NCBI GenBank assembly: GCA_030248215.1
Contig: JASANG010002792.1
Span: 496,001 to 560,000 of the forward strand
Length of the DNA stretch: 64,000 nt
Direction of reading: 5' to 3'
Source of the DNA: Enoplolaimus lenunculus
Taxonomy: Eukaryota
In this document: in pieces, positions 10,189-30,200 of the stretch
Layout: each line of letters begins with the position of its first letter
Position numbering within the stretch: the stretch's first letter is position 1
Program-made: the position numbers and the translations under genes
The notes under the pieces: model-generated
The model's input: only the letters and a program-made list of their open reading frames with translations
Told to the model about the DNA's origin: nothing
Database searches by the model: none

Positions 10189-12765
10189 TACTGTTATAAT
10201 TTGGCTTGCATTTTGAAAGTTTCTGCATATTTGAGCTTCTTGTGAGAAGTTCGTGATTTTGACTTAGCCCTGTATCCTGTATCTCCTGTTATAGTTCTTT
10301 TCTCGGATTCCCAAATCTGATTTTTTGAAAAATTCGATTTTAAGGCCACAAGTTCCCCCTGGGATCCAAAATTTTTTTCGATAAATTTGATAAATTATAT
10401 GTCACTGACTCGTTTGGGAGACGTGTGATTGGAAAATATTTAACAATATTCGTCTTAGCTCCGCAACCTGTGTCAAATGGTATATAATTTGTTTAATTTT
10501 TCGACAAAAACATTTTGAGTCCAGCGGAGGAATTTGGAACCTTAAAATTCGAATTTTTTTGAAAATTAAAGTTTTGGCATGGAATAACCGGAGGAGGTCC
10601 GGAACATCTGAAACTGGGTGGAGCGAGTTAAACAACTGACGCTTGTTTTTTGTAAGTATTTCTGACAGCGAAGCCTTTCAATTGCTGCAACCTCGCGAGC
10701 AAAGCGAGGTTGAAGCTAGACGTTTCTTGTGTCAAATCACACGGTAAAAGCAAGCTTTCAATTTTGAGCACCCTAACTTTGACCGCCCTACTGTCGACGA
10801 AACCTGGTGAGCAACCGAACAAGTTGCATATGTAGTTTTACTTCGAATCTCTTGGCAACGTTTCCATTCTTAAATTCATTTCTATATTCATATGCTGTAA
10901 TTTTCGCGTTTTTCGGACATATAATGTATCCTGGTGGACATATAGAAACGGTCACTGTTAATGTGTTGCATGAAAATTAGTTGGATGTCACTTAAGAACG
11001 TTATTTTATACCATATTTACTTGCAAATTATATTTAAGAATCGTTTTGTATTTTTCCATTTTTTCCGGTAATTTGTTTCCGGCCAACAACCCTGGCTCCG
11101 GCTACTTTGTTGTTGAAACCATGCAAATTATTCCAAAAAAATTTTAGACACGCATTTCGAATATCCGGTGCCCATCTATAGTTATAGTATTATGATATTC
11201 CGCCATACGCAAACCTAGTTATGTAACTGACTCAGAAGACATTTTTAAAATGGTCATGATATTGGCAGACGATATACGGAATAGCTTGATATTAAAAGAC
11301 AAAACGTGACCGGTACATGATGGTACAAAACTATAATTTTCGGAATAGCATATTGGGTTACATCGCACACAAAATGTTACGCAATACGTAGAATGTGATC
11401 CGAGTTGTCCCATTTATAACGTGAACCCCGCATAACCCAATATGATATTCCAAAAAAAGTAGTCGAACTGAAACAAAAAATATATTCATATTCATCCATG
11501 ATCTTTAAAAACTTCTATGCATCCGCCGTTTTTTCCTTCAAAATTTTGTAAAGCCTGGTGAACATTTGCACGTCTCAAGTGTGTTGGCCGAAAAATAAAA
11601 CCTATTCGAAGTTTCTGTACTTCAATATCCGTTTTCCGTTTCCCCTATTTCGATCGCTAATACCCCAAAATGCCACCTTTTACCATAAGTATCCAAGCTC
11701 CAAAATCCCACCTTCCACCATAGCTCATTCTTGACGGGATGGTGGATTTTGGAACGGCAGCAAGGTTTTGGATCCGCAACATTGGAAGGGCAGGATGATT
11801 TTGGAAGAATGTATTTACTTTAATTATCCGGCAGAAAATCGTTATGAAGTTGTAGTGCTTAAAATGTGTACTTGGGAGATGTTGGGTCGAGGAGGGAATT
11901 TAACAGAGGAAGGAATTCTATCATGACCGGTGCCGTAAAACTTAAACGGGGGAAGGAGGAAAAGAATTATATCGCGAAGAGGGCTAAAATGAACTAGTCG
12001 GTCCATGTACAAAAGCGGTTTCTTCCAAAATACGCGGATAATAGTCGGGAAATAATTATTTCCAGTACCAAAGTAAGTGTGCTCTAGAATAGAACCAACA
12101 TAATATTTACTGATATAAACACAATTCCGACGACCAACCGAAATACTCATTTGTTTAATTTCACATCGGAAATATTCAGCTTTAATTGACTAATGCACCT
12201 AAAACCTCTGTTTTCATTAGTCTACAAATGATCACCAATATATACAGCTGGGTGGTTGATGAACAGTATGTAAAAAACGAGTCAGGAATATATAGTATAT
12301 ATTTATATTCGATCACTTAGGTGAAATTTTTTTAATGAGTTCATTCGGAAATTCTAATTAACACACGCAATTTCAGTATTCCGTTTGAACATGAGTTATC
12401 TGTGGTTGAAATCGAATAGCCTTTCATGTTAAAGATTTCATAAAATATTTTTGTAACAAATAAAAACACAAAATACACAACAAAAATAAACATAAAAACT
12501 ATGTGTTCACAAGCACTGTGACAAAATTTCAATGAATAGTGGTATTTAAACAATATAAATGTTAATTTCACGCCTCAGCGAGCAACATTAGAACAAACGC
12601 TTTTAGAGTCACGCTTGCTTCGACACTCGACGAACGCAGGGCGTCATCTCTGCTGTAAATAATTTGTTTCCCACACCAAACGTTTTGTCTTATTTTCTTC
12701 GTCGTTGGATCATAACTTCGGGAGGCTGCTTTTATTGTCTCTGGTCTTGCCAGTCTCTCAAACGG

Positions 12766-20252
<7,487 letters not shown>

Positions 20253-20732
20253 AACACAAATCAGTAAACCGGTTAAATTTAAGTAACAGTAACCACTAAA
20301 ATGTTACGTATAATAAGGGACAAACGTATATATATTATGTACAAAGAAATGTGTGCATGCAGTTACATACATAAGCACATCGCTGTGCGGTCGAACGTTC
20401 ATCGCAATAAATAGATATACAACTGAATTCCGGTGTAACGGCACAGTATTACCCCACAAAAATACACCTTTATTTCAACCTTTTGGTGTCAGTATCAAAA
20501 ACAATCCAAACGCAAATGTACGTAATTCAAATCCGAAAAAAGTACCTAGAATGGAAATTTAAATAACCGATTACTGGATACTGTGACATACGTATACATA
20601 GACACAAGTAATAACCTCAAGCTGATGCTGTACATCGCTAAATCACTGCTGCATATGTAGTGCCTTCATATGCAGCAGCAGTAAAAACATGGAAGAAGAC
20701 ATGAAAACAGAAAACTGAGCAGTTGATTTGTG

Positions 20733-20880
20733 AGGCGGCGAGGCTCAGTGGCTAGTGCGCTGGAGTGATAGTCTGTCGACCGAGTTCGAAACCTCGTGGG
20801 AACGTCCCTCATTTTCAGCTACTGCGCTCTCAGAACTAAAAACCGTCTTACCCTAGCCTACCCACTTATCACAAGCCGAA
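20733..20880 (+). repeat. tRNA-derived SINE-like element
   Basis: A-box-like GGCTCAGTGG and B-box GAGTTCGAAACC followed by an unrelated body. No complete cloverleaf. Confidence 0.5.
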
Positions 20881-23800
20881 TCTTGTAAAGACTGTCAGTC
20901 TTTAATACCTAAAGTGGCCAATTTCGAAATATCAACTCGACTTCATTAAACTTGGTTCAAGGTTCAAGGCAAAATTATTTTTTATGAAACGTAAAGGCAG
21001 AAGAAGATGGAAAATGGAAGGCCCCCACTCCAGCACCTGTGCCGCTAACAGTGCTAAACTAAGCAGATTTAAATCTTAAGTTACAGTTGCGAAACTTATT
21101 ATGTACAGCAGGAGAAAGTACCACTAGCTATGTAGTCAAAACCCATTGCATGGTGGGTTAACATCCGTCAGTTATGATGTTTAGTTATTAGGTGTATAGA
21201 CCTTTGAAAAGCAACAGCTAGAAAAGTTTGCCTTGCCCAACCTATTTCTACAGGTCTTCTCAACCAACAAGTTTTTGCTGCGAACCTATACTATAAAGAA
21301 GGCCCTCAATAACGATAATGCACTAAAACGTATAAGTCACGATGAATCTTTAAGTATTCAACGTGGAATTTTAAGTTTCATAAAGCAGAAAACTTAAGAA
21401 ATTCGAACTTAACGTATAGATGACATAAAGTTTATAAGTGACATATTTTGACAATGGCACATTTCCTATATAAAGTATGTTTGAACCAAGACAGCAAAAA
21501 CTGGACAAGTGTTCATGTTCTTTTTGAAACTAAGCAACTCGCATTGCAGCAGTGGGCTCTAATGAAACAGTTAAGCATTTAAAGCCGCATTTTTGAAAAA
21601 CTTTGCTTTTCTTTCAAGTATTCAATTGTACAATAAGGCTTCGTCCACCTTAAAACAGGAACACCATGTGGAAAAATGCAAGGACCAATGACGCTTGCTT
21701 CTGCTATGCAAAAAGAACAGCAGATAGTTCTGCGGTATGCTTTAAAATTTTGATAGTCTTTAAATTTGGAATGACAACTACTGTATTCTGTAAAAGAGTA
21801 GCTGTAATCCGAAATGAAATTGTAATTTTGTGCCGACGGCTACTCCAACTTTTGTTTAGCAGGAAGTGGTTTTTGATTTATTAATTTTTAAAAAGATGCG
21901 GTTTTAAAATAAAAAATTTTTCATTGGTACATGTCAGGATTAAAGGTAAAGAGTACATTCAAAAAATATAATTGGGACAGCGGGACAGTTGGAACAGATG
22001 AGACAGTGTACAGATGGGACAGATAGGACAGTTGGGAAAACGGGCCAGATGGGGCAGATGGGACACTTGGGAAAGATGGGATAGTTGGGACTGCTATTAA
22101 TGCTAGGTAATATCTATTGAACCTGCTTTTTAAACTTTTTAAAATTTAATACGAGTAACAGTTTTTAAAAATCGGTTACGGATTGTCCCTTTAGCCGCAT
22201 ATACAGTTCAGGTTTTTAGGCGCAGGTCATCCAAACTCAAACTGTACAGTTTTGTTGAATACATTTCACGCTGAAGGCTTCAGTACTAGGCTTCAGTACT
22301 ATGCCTATACGGCAATTTGGGGCTTTAAGCTTTTACTTTTACGCTAAGGCTTTAGCTTAGGCTTAGACATTAGGCACTTTAGGAATGTTTCAACGCTTTT
22401 AAAAATATAATGCGTTTTAAAATTTATACGAGTGCTGTATTTTAAAAATCGGTTCTTGTGGATTGTCCCCCCCTTTACCTCATATACAGTTTATAATTTT
22501 AGGCTCAGCCGGTCATCCAAAGATCAAACCGTACAGTGTTTTTGGATACATTAAGAATAAAGCTCTCAAATGGAAATTGGTAGAGAAATTTGTACTTTAA
22601 AGAAGCTTTTTAAAAGTGCGTACTGCAGTCACCCGAATAAGAGGGGGAAATGATATTTATTTGGCTTCTTCAGAGGGTACCCCCTTGTTATTCGGTTACG
22701 GACTGTTATTTATTTTCAACCCACGCTCCGCCGCTTTTCGTTACTGATATATATCCGGTACTGCAATTATCCGTTGAATTAAACTTTTATTTGTCTTCTG
22801 TCAATAGCTTGAGCGATAATACAAGGTTACACTTACGATTGTACTTTCAAAAATTTAAGTACGCTTTAAAGTTTCGAGCTCAAATTATTTGGTCCTGGAG
22901 TCATTTATGCGCTACAATTTAGGGTTAATTGACATTTATGGACTCTAATTAGGGTTTAGAGACTCTATCCGCTTACGTACTCTTATTAGGGATACGGACT
23001 CCAATTGGTTCGGACTCAAAATGGGAACCCCCTCTTATTATCACTCCCCTCTTAATTCGGGTCAATACATAGTAGTAGCTGTTCAATAGAAACTCCAGAC
23101 TCCGGAGAATTTTGTTGACTCCCGCTTCCGGATCGTAGCGCTTGTTACAAAGTATTGTTACTTTTTGGGTGTAGCTTTAAGTACACGGTGTAACCGGACA
23201 TCCGCTTTGCGTAACAATCGCATCTGTTTCCGTTAGAATAAAATACCGCGGAAATTAAGTTTTTTAATTGCAGCTTTAAAACAAACATTGGCCGAATTTT
23301 TTCTTCCAATTATTGTGCTAAAATTGTTCGATTTGAAATAAAATCCATGAAAAATAAAATTTAAATACCCTGTAAATATGAGCATGTCTTGTATTATTGG
23401 ACCATCAAGAAGTAACCTTTGAAACTTTTATACTTCATTATTCGTTTTTCGTTATTGTTACCCAGTCATGTACGTTACTGTAAATGATATGTCCGAAAAT
23501 TTACGGCGAATAGTAACAACGGACGAAGTCTTGTTACTTGTCCTTTCCGACCATGAATAAATACTGCCAAACTCTATAATAATAAAATTCATTACTGACC
23601 TAAAAAATAAAAGTGATATGGGTCGACGTAGGCGCGTATCATAGTTTGTTTAATAAAAAATATGTGCCAACGGCGTTTTCATCTTTTTTGTCCTTTAAAA
23701 TCAAATTCAAGTTATTTTAATAAACACAGATAATCATCCAAAACAAAATGCGTTTTGCACAAAGACCGCATCTACATTCGGCGAAGGTAAACATCAGATT

Positions 23801-24239
23801 ATCTCTTATTAGTCTTATTACGATATTGCACTAGTGAACATAAATTAATTTATGTTATGCAAATATATGGGTCTATGTTAATTTAAAGACCTGCCAACTA
23901 AACCTAAGTCATGTCTCTAAGCATACAGTCTCCTGTCTCACAGTGGGCAAACCCCTATAATTCCCATGGGTTCACATGTTTAAGGTATTGCAGAAACAAA
24001 AATATTACTACTGTAAGCATGCTTTTGTTCCAAAACACTGATGTAAATTCGCCTATCTAGATTAAACGCCATGTTTACAACTGTTGCAAACTAATTCCTT
24101 GTCTAAAAACCACTGAACAAAAATCTCAAGGCTGGATTGGACCTCGAGGCTGCACTCTTGCTGGGTTTCACTATCTGCCTATCAAAACAGAGTATCATTA
24201 GAGTGGTTTTCATGAAAAGACCTAGCATAATCGACAACT

Positions 24240-27200
24240 TTATGTACTATAATATTGTGTTATATCATCATCTAATGGCTTCAATATCGTTCTATCCTTT
24301 ATATTAACAACCCACCCGGGTTGAAGACCAAAAAATACTTGGAGCGGTTCTTTTTTCAAATTATACAGTTCTTCAGTTGCTTTAGAGTCTGGCTCAGGAA
24401 GTACATAGCCGTACTTTTGAGCTAATGTTTGTTTCGATTGTTCGACCTGCTTTGGATCAGCGAGATATCCACGTTTTGCTGGATCTAAAGCTTGAATGCT
24501 ATGAAAGCAACAATAAATACCGCAACCAACACGGCAAAAAATAAGTAGGTTAACCATTATCGATGAAATTGTTATAACGTCAGTGACTTTTAAATTATTC
24601 ATTCAGCGCCACACTATTTATACATGCCGACCTAAGGTTTTGCGTCTACTCAAACACTGATAAAAGTTTGTTTCAATAACTCACTAATATACTGCTCCAT
24701 TAAATCATGTGGCGGATAAAATCGCTTTGGAATTGGTTCGCCGCGTTTGAAGAAATCTGCAGGGTTCACAAGTGCTTCAATACTAATTGGATCATAATAA
24801 GCACACGTAATTGATCCACCGTTTCTTTCGATGATTGAAATTGCTAGTTCAGAAGCCCACTGCACTTCGATATTGACGCTAGCACAGAAACTATCTGCAC
24901 CCTATAACAATCCAAAGAATTTCTATAAACCCATTATTACCTCGACGGTTGGTCCGTATTATTTTGCTTCAATAAATGAAATGGAAAACCTAAAACTCTA
25001 TACTTGATGTCATGCTACGTTTAAGGTAGGGTGCGACCGGATATCCAAAACCGGTTTAATATTCGGGCAAAACGCGATATCAGAATCCGATATACATTAT
25101 GGATATTTAAGGTGGTAATTCTAAATTTTGTACAGCACAGCTTTTTCAAGAGAGACTTCAACATCTTGCTGTGATTGGATTTTTGGGCAAGTCAAGAACT
25201 TCGTTTTCTTATACACTGAAGTAAAAATGAAAAATTCAAGCTAACTATGTTTAATTCAACGAATATAATATACCTTTGTGCAACTCTAATACTTCAAGGT
25301 TCACAAATTTAGATGATATATCCGGATCCGTTTTGGCACTTTTTGCTCAAGATGCATGAAGATTGGGCAAAACATGAAATTATTGGACTATTTTCTTTTT
25401 ATCTCCAGGTTTGAATTTTTAACTTCAATACTTTCATGTAACATATTAAATAGGATTATTAAAATTAACGATTTTAACATCGTTTGAATTACACAGATTT
25501 GCTTCACCAATCTTAATTAAAGTCTGCCCACCATCGGTTCCGGTATTGATAACCTAAGCTAAGGTTGCAACATGATTTAATATTTAAACGACTAAGACTA
25601 AATTAAATTCGTTTTGACTCGCGATATAGTAAATATATACCTCATCAGTTAGCTGCACACCAAATTGCCTAAGTTTAGGATTACATCGATATATGAACGT
25701 ATTGCATAACGTTGCTAAATCAATTGGCTTTTTGACATTAATCCACCCCATATCAATCATTCGTTGTAGTTCAACTAAAGACAAGGGAGGATATTCTCGT
25801 CGCACACTGGAAAAGCAGTAATAAACAATAATTAACACAAATTACACCTCAGTATAAATTATGGAATAAACATTCGGAATTCATTCAAATAACCGCATGT
25901 AGTAGAACTCATGTTATAGCACACTCTAGTATTAAAACCAGTCGTAGTGGGACTACACGTATTGAGCGAAGATCAGAGATAGTTAAGCAATTAAGCTAAT
26001 ATGCAAATTGCTTATTAGCTAACTATTCTTTTATCGGTTTTGGAGGTTTGTAAACAATTTATCCAGATTCCTCGTAACCACAAACCATTCAGTAACCCTA
26101 ATAATTAGTGAAATATTGCAAAAAGTCCTAATGTAGGCTTATATATCAATTATGCAAGTATGCAAATTAGCTATTAGCTAACTATTCAATAATCGGTTTT
26201 GAAGGTTTGTAGACAGTTTATTCAGATTCCTCGCACCTAAAAACCCTTTATAGCACTGAAATTATATTGTATGTAAACGTAATATTTAGTAAAATATCTT
26301 AAAAAGTACCAATTTAGGCTTAACCAATTATGCAAGTTAGCCTCTAGCAAATAAACGGCTCGGAGTTCCGCTTCGCTCATTAATAGTAACAAATACTTAA
26401 CTAAACGTCTCAGACGCTTTGTTGTAGCAAACTGTACTTTATCGCTTAACAATACGAATAATGTTACATTAACACTCGTTCACGTTGTACATTAACAGAC
26501 ACATTAAAACATTTATTTATATTTAAGTTCATTATAATATAAATTAAAGCTTACTGTATATCAGCATTATATGTAAAATCTGAGGGAAACCTTCTATGCC
26601 ACGGCTTCTCAAAATCTCCAAATATCCATCCAAGTGGAGGTTTGGCAGCCTGTTGCAGCTCTTTGTGAGATTTTCCAGCTTTGTTGTGGCTCTTTGCAAC
26701 CATCCTAGGCTAAAAGTATATATTCAACATTGTTTGAATGCATTATTCATACCATAGTCAAAGAGCGAAACTAAATTTAGCCGAAACAGCAACCCAAAAC
26801 AGGTATATATATATTTACATAACGCTTCAGACTTTTTGAAAATTTGCCTTCTTAAATACAACAGAAGAATTTGTCAGAAGTTTAGTTTGAAAAATTTACA
26901 TGTACTAATTACGCAACAGTTTTATTTAAATCCCTAACTCTGTGTTAAATGAAGGCTATTTACCTAAATCATTATTTGAAACAGCTTTTATTTTAACTAT
27001 AGTTGCAGTGCCGTCGCTTTAGTATGTACGGTAAATTTTATAATCAACTAATATACGTACACACTATACATGTTCATTGTTTTTACACACGTTGAATGTG
27101 GCGATTCTGTTCCGCATAGCTGTACCACTGGATTCTGCCCACTCACCAGCATGGCACAAAGCTAAACACGGACACCGACGTCCAGCCCAGGCAGTCATTT

Positions 27201-30200
27201 ACTGTGGCAACAAATGGATTAGTCAAACACTTCGTAAACAACACATGCCAGGGCGTCCCTTGTAGGCGACGCGCGTTGGCCTTGCCAGTTCGGCAGGGGT
27301 CTACTCAGTTAACGCACCTTAAACTAGTTTCAAACACGAGAGACCGTTCCTGGAAGGAACAACACAACCACACCTGATTATGGCCGGTTCAGGATCTATT
27401 CCAAGGAGGAAGCCAAGGGGGCACGCGGGAAGTGCAAGAGACAGATGCAACTGCCACGACCAAAATGGACATGGCATATTAACAAACAATGACCGTCACA
27501 GCCTGGACTTTGCAAAAGCAAACGACCTCGTCATCGTCAAAACCTTCTTCAAAAAGAAGTCAGGCCATCTGATCACGTACACCAGCCACCCTAATACCAG
27601 GGTGCAACCGGAATTATAACTTATCGGAACGGAACCGAAATAATGGTTGCACTCTGCCTAATACCAGCCAAACCTGTGTCGTTGACCGCAGTTCTCGACA
27701 CAAAGGTTGCGTATTATGTCCGACTGCTTGGCTCCGCAACGCAAGCTGGTTGTCGTCAGCGTGGTCAAAACTGCACGAACAGAAGACAACCGTTGTTCAC
27801 AACAGCGTCACTTTTTCAACGATCCATCCGGACAATGTTGATGCAACATGGATTGCACTCCGAGAATCAGTTATCGCCCCAGCGTCATCGGCCCTCGGCA
27901 CCAACAAACCCAGACGTCAGCGAATCGACAAGCAAGCGTGGCTGTGGACGGATGCGGTACAGTAAAAGATGCGGTCAAACAAGTGGTTTCAAGAAATAGC
28001 ATGCTCAGAAGATGAAACAAAGTTGGCAAGAATACGAGGTAGGCAAGAGAAAGCGGGGAAGATCATAGCGGCTACACATCACAACAACCATTGTGGCTTG
28101 TGCGAATGACTCAACACAGCAGAGAGCGAAAAGACAATTTTATCGGCAGCGAAACAGCGAACAAAACATGTGAGGTCCTCGGGCACTTTACACGTGCAAA
28201 GAACAAAGATGGACACGGCTGCAGAGCACGAAACAGATTGTGTAACGACGCAGTGGCTTTTCGATGAGACCTCAAACGTCGAGTTTCGACATCCGGTAAT
28301 ACCAGATGTTCACTATGCGCCATTTCGGTTTTAAGCGTAACCACCGCGATGCGCGATGTTGACAGTGTGATCAACAAAACGAAAAATGGCATGCCGCCAG
28401 GACCGGCTGATCTGCTTGCTGACTTGTTGAAGCTGAACGAGCTCAGATACACCACAACAGCATGGCTAACAAGCTTCCTCAACGCTGCTGTAGCAGCAGG
28501 CCATGTCTCTACTAATGAATGACAAGCACTACCGCGTATATCTTCAATACCAAGGGCGACCCGGAAACATGTTTCAATTATCGACACATCCGCCAGCTCT
28601 GCCACAAGACGAAAATCTTTGAGAGAATTCTTGACCAACGTCTACACATAATCGTAAAACGCAACATCAAGCAATGTGGTTTTGATAAAGACAGACACAC
28701 GCATATGCTGTCTTCGCTACCCATCAATTAATTTGAGAAGCATAGAAAGAAACAGCAATCACCACATCTCGCGTTTCTTGACTGGGAAAAGGGTTTTGAT
28801 CGTGTTCCACACTACCTTATTTGGTTCAAATTGCGGAACCATGAGCATGGTACAACCGGAATAATAGAATACCGGAACTGGAATCAAAAAACAAAAAACA
28901 CTTGTAACCGAAAAATTCACCTGAGAGCTATTTTGTCGCTATTAATGGTGTAAAAACACCACTTAGAATGCCAAAATCGTGAAACAAATTCAGTAGCTGC
29001 AAAACGTATGATAAATTATAGAGTATGACACAATTTAAAAATTTTAACAATACACGCTCCGATAATAATTTTAGAAAAATAAGTTAGAATAATATGCCAT
29101 GTTTTCTTAAATTTTCGAATGAGAAAAATTTTCAGTACCGAAAATACAGGAAACTTCCGGTGAAAAAATACCGCGTTTATATTACTGGAACCGGATAGTG
29201 AACAATAACGAATTTCCATACCGGAACCGGAATTCTGGTTGCACCCTGGCCACGACGTACCTGAACTTCTTATTGACTGGGTTCGTCTCTTATAAGAATG
29301 ATGCCACGACCAAGGTCACGTTTTTATTCAAAATATCAAATAGTTGCACAGCGACAGTTGGCGTCTACCAGGGATCTGCACTATGGCCCCGGCTTCTCAT
29401 CCTCGTGGTGTGATGCAGGAGGCCAAAACCAAAGATGAGCTGCAACGACGTGTTCAGGCCTGGCTGCGACGAGTTGACGAAACCCGACGTGTCCCGATAC
29501 TTGTGATCGCACATTCAAAGCGACGGGTACATCGACGACGCCGTGTGTTCACGTATAACTGAAGCCTGGTTGAACTGAAGAGAAATCTCCGCTGTTTTCT
29601 GTCCCCAAAATATGCCCCTGCGCCTCAAGTCAAAGATCTGCTGCATAATCATGCGCCCGGTTGCACTCTATGAATCCGAATGCTGGCAGTGATTCAATCT
29701 GTCGAGCGTCGCCTACACGATACGGAAATGCTCATGTTAGCATAGATAATGGACATCTCACTACTCGACCACGTTATCAACGACCTCTCGCAATTAGATT
29801 AGGAGTTGCTCATATTGAAGAGAAAATGTGCGAAGGAAGCTTGTGCTGGTTAAAAAACGCCAGAGCGGCCTGGAAACTGATAAACGTCGTTACAACCTCA
29901 TGAGGCTAGCAAGGATTTGAGTAGAACCACAAATGCAGACACAGCAAATATCTACCATATATACGTGGACTCATTGTGCGCAGCGTCTTCGTCGCGGGTC
30001 TACCCAACTGTACCACGTTGGCCAATGACGCACAGCTCATCAACGTTATTGCTTAGTCGTTTTTTGGAACGTGGAGCAGCCCAAACCGGCCAGTCTGCTC
30101 CAAATGCTGTTGATGGTGGCCGGTGATGGGGAACGCAACCCTGGTCCCCCACGCTCAACTTCAGTTCTGTGCAATGCCCGTAAAAATTGGTGCCACTTCA

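Larger units (their letters stand above)
27380..29880 (+). mobile_element. Decayed RTE-clade LINE in MRPL15 intron 1, antisense to the host; its 3' end appears to continue at ~31675-31768
   Basis: Fragments: LDFAKANDLVIVKTFFKKKSGHLITYTS (APE), KGDPETCFNYRHIRQLCHKTKIFERILDQRL, FLDWEKGFDRVPH, VGVYQGSALWP (RT) and IEEKMCEGSLCW. An RTE-type C-terminal DAMDRYNWRMLIRKA followed by a GAA-rich tail lies at 31675-31768. Many stops and frameshifts. Confidence 0.8.

Noticed and set aside
12608..12647. SECIS-like ATGA...TGA-flanked hairpin downstream of the eRF1 UGA (selenocysteine recoding)
   Set aside because: There is no apical AA motif and the helix above the putative GA quartet is irregular. It is kept only as a generic hairpin.
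27255..27315. HDV-like ribozyme upstream of the RTE remnant
   Set aside because: A hairpin (CCTTGCC/GGCAGGG) is present, but I could not find matching P1 and P2 5' strands.
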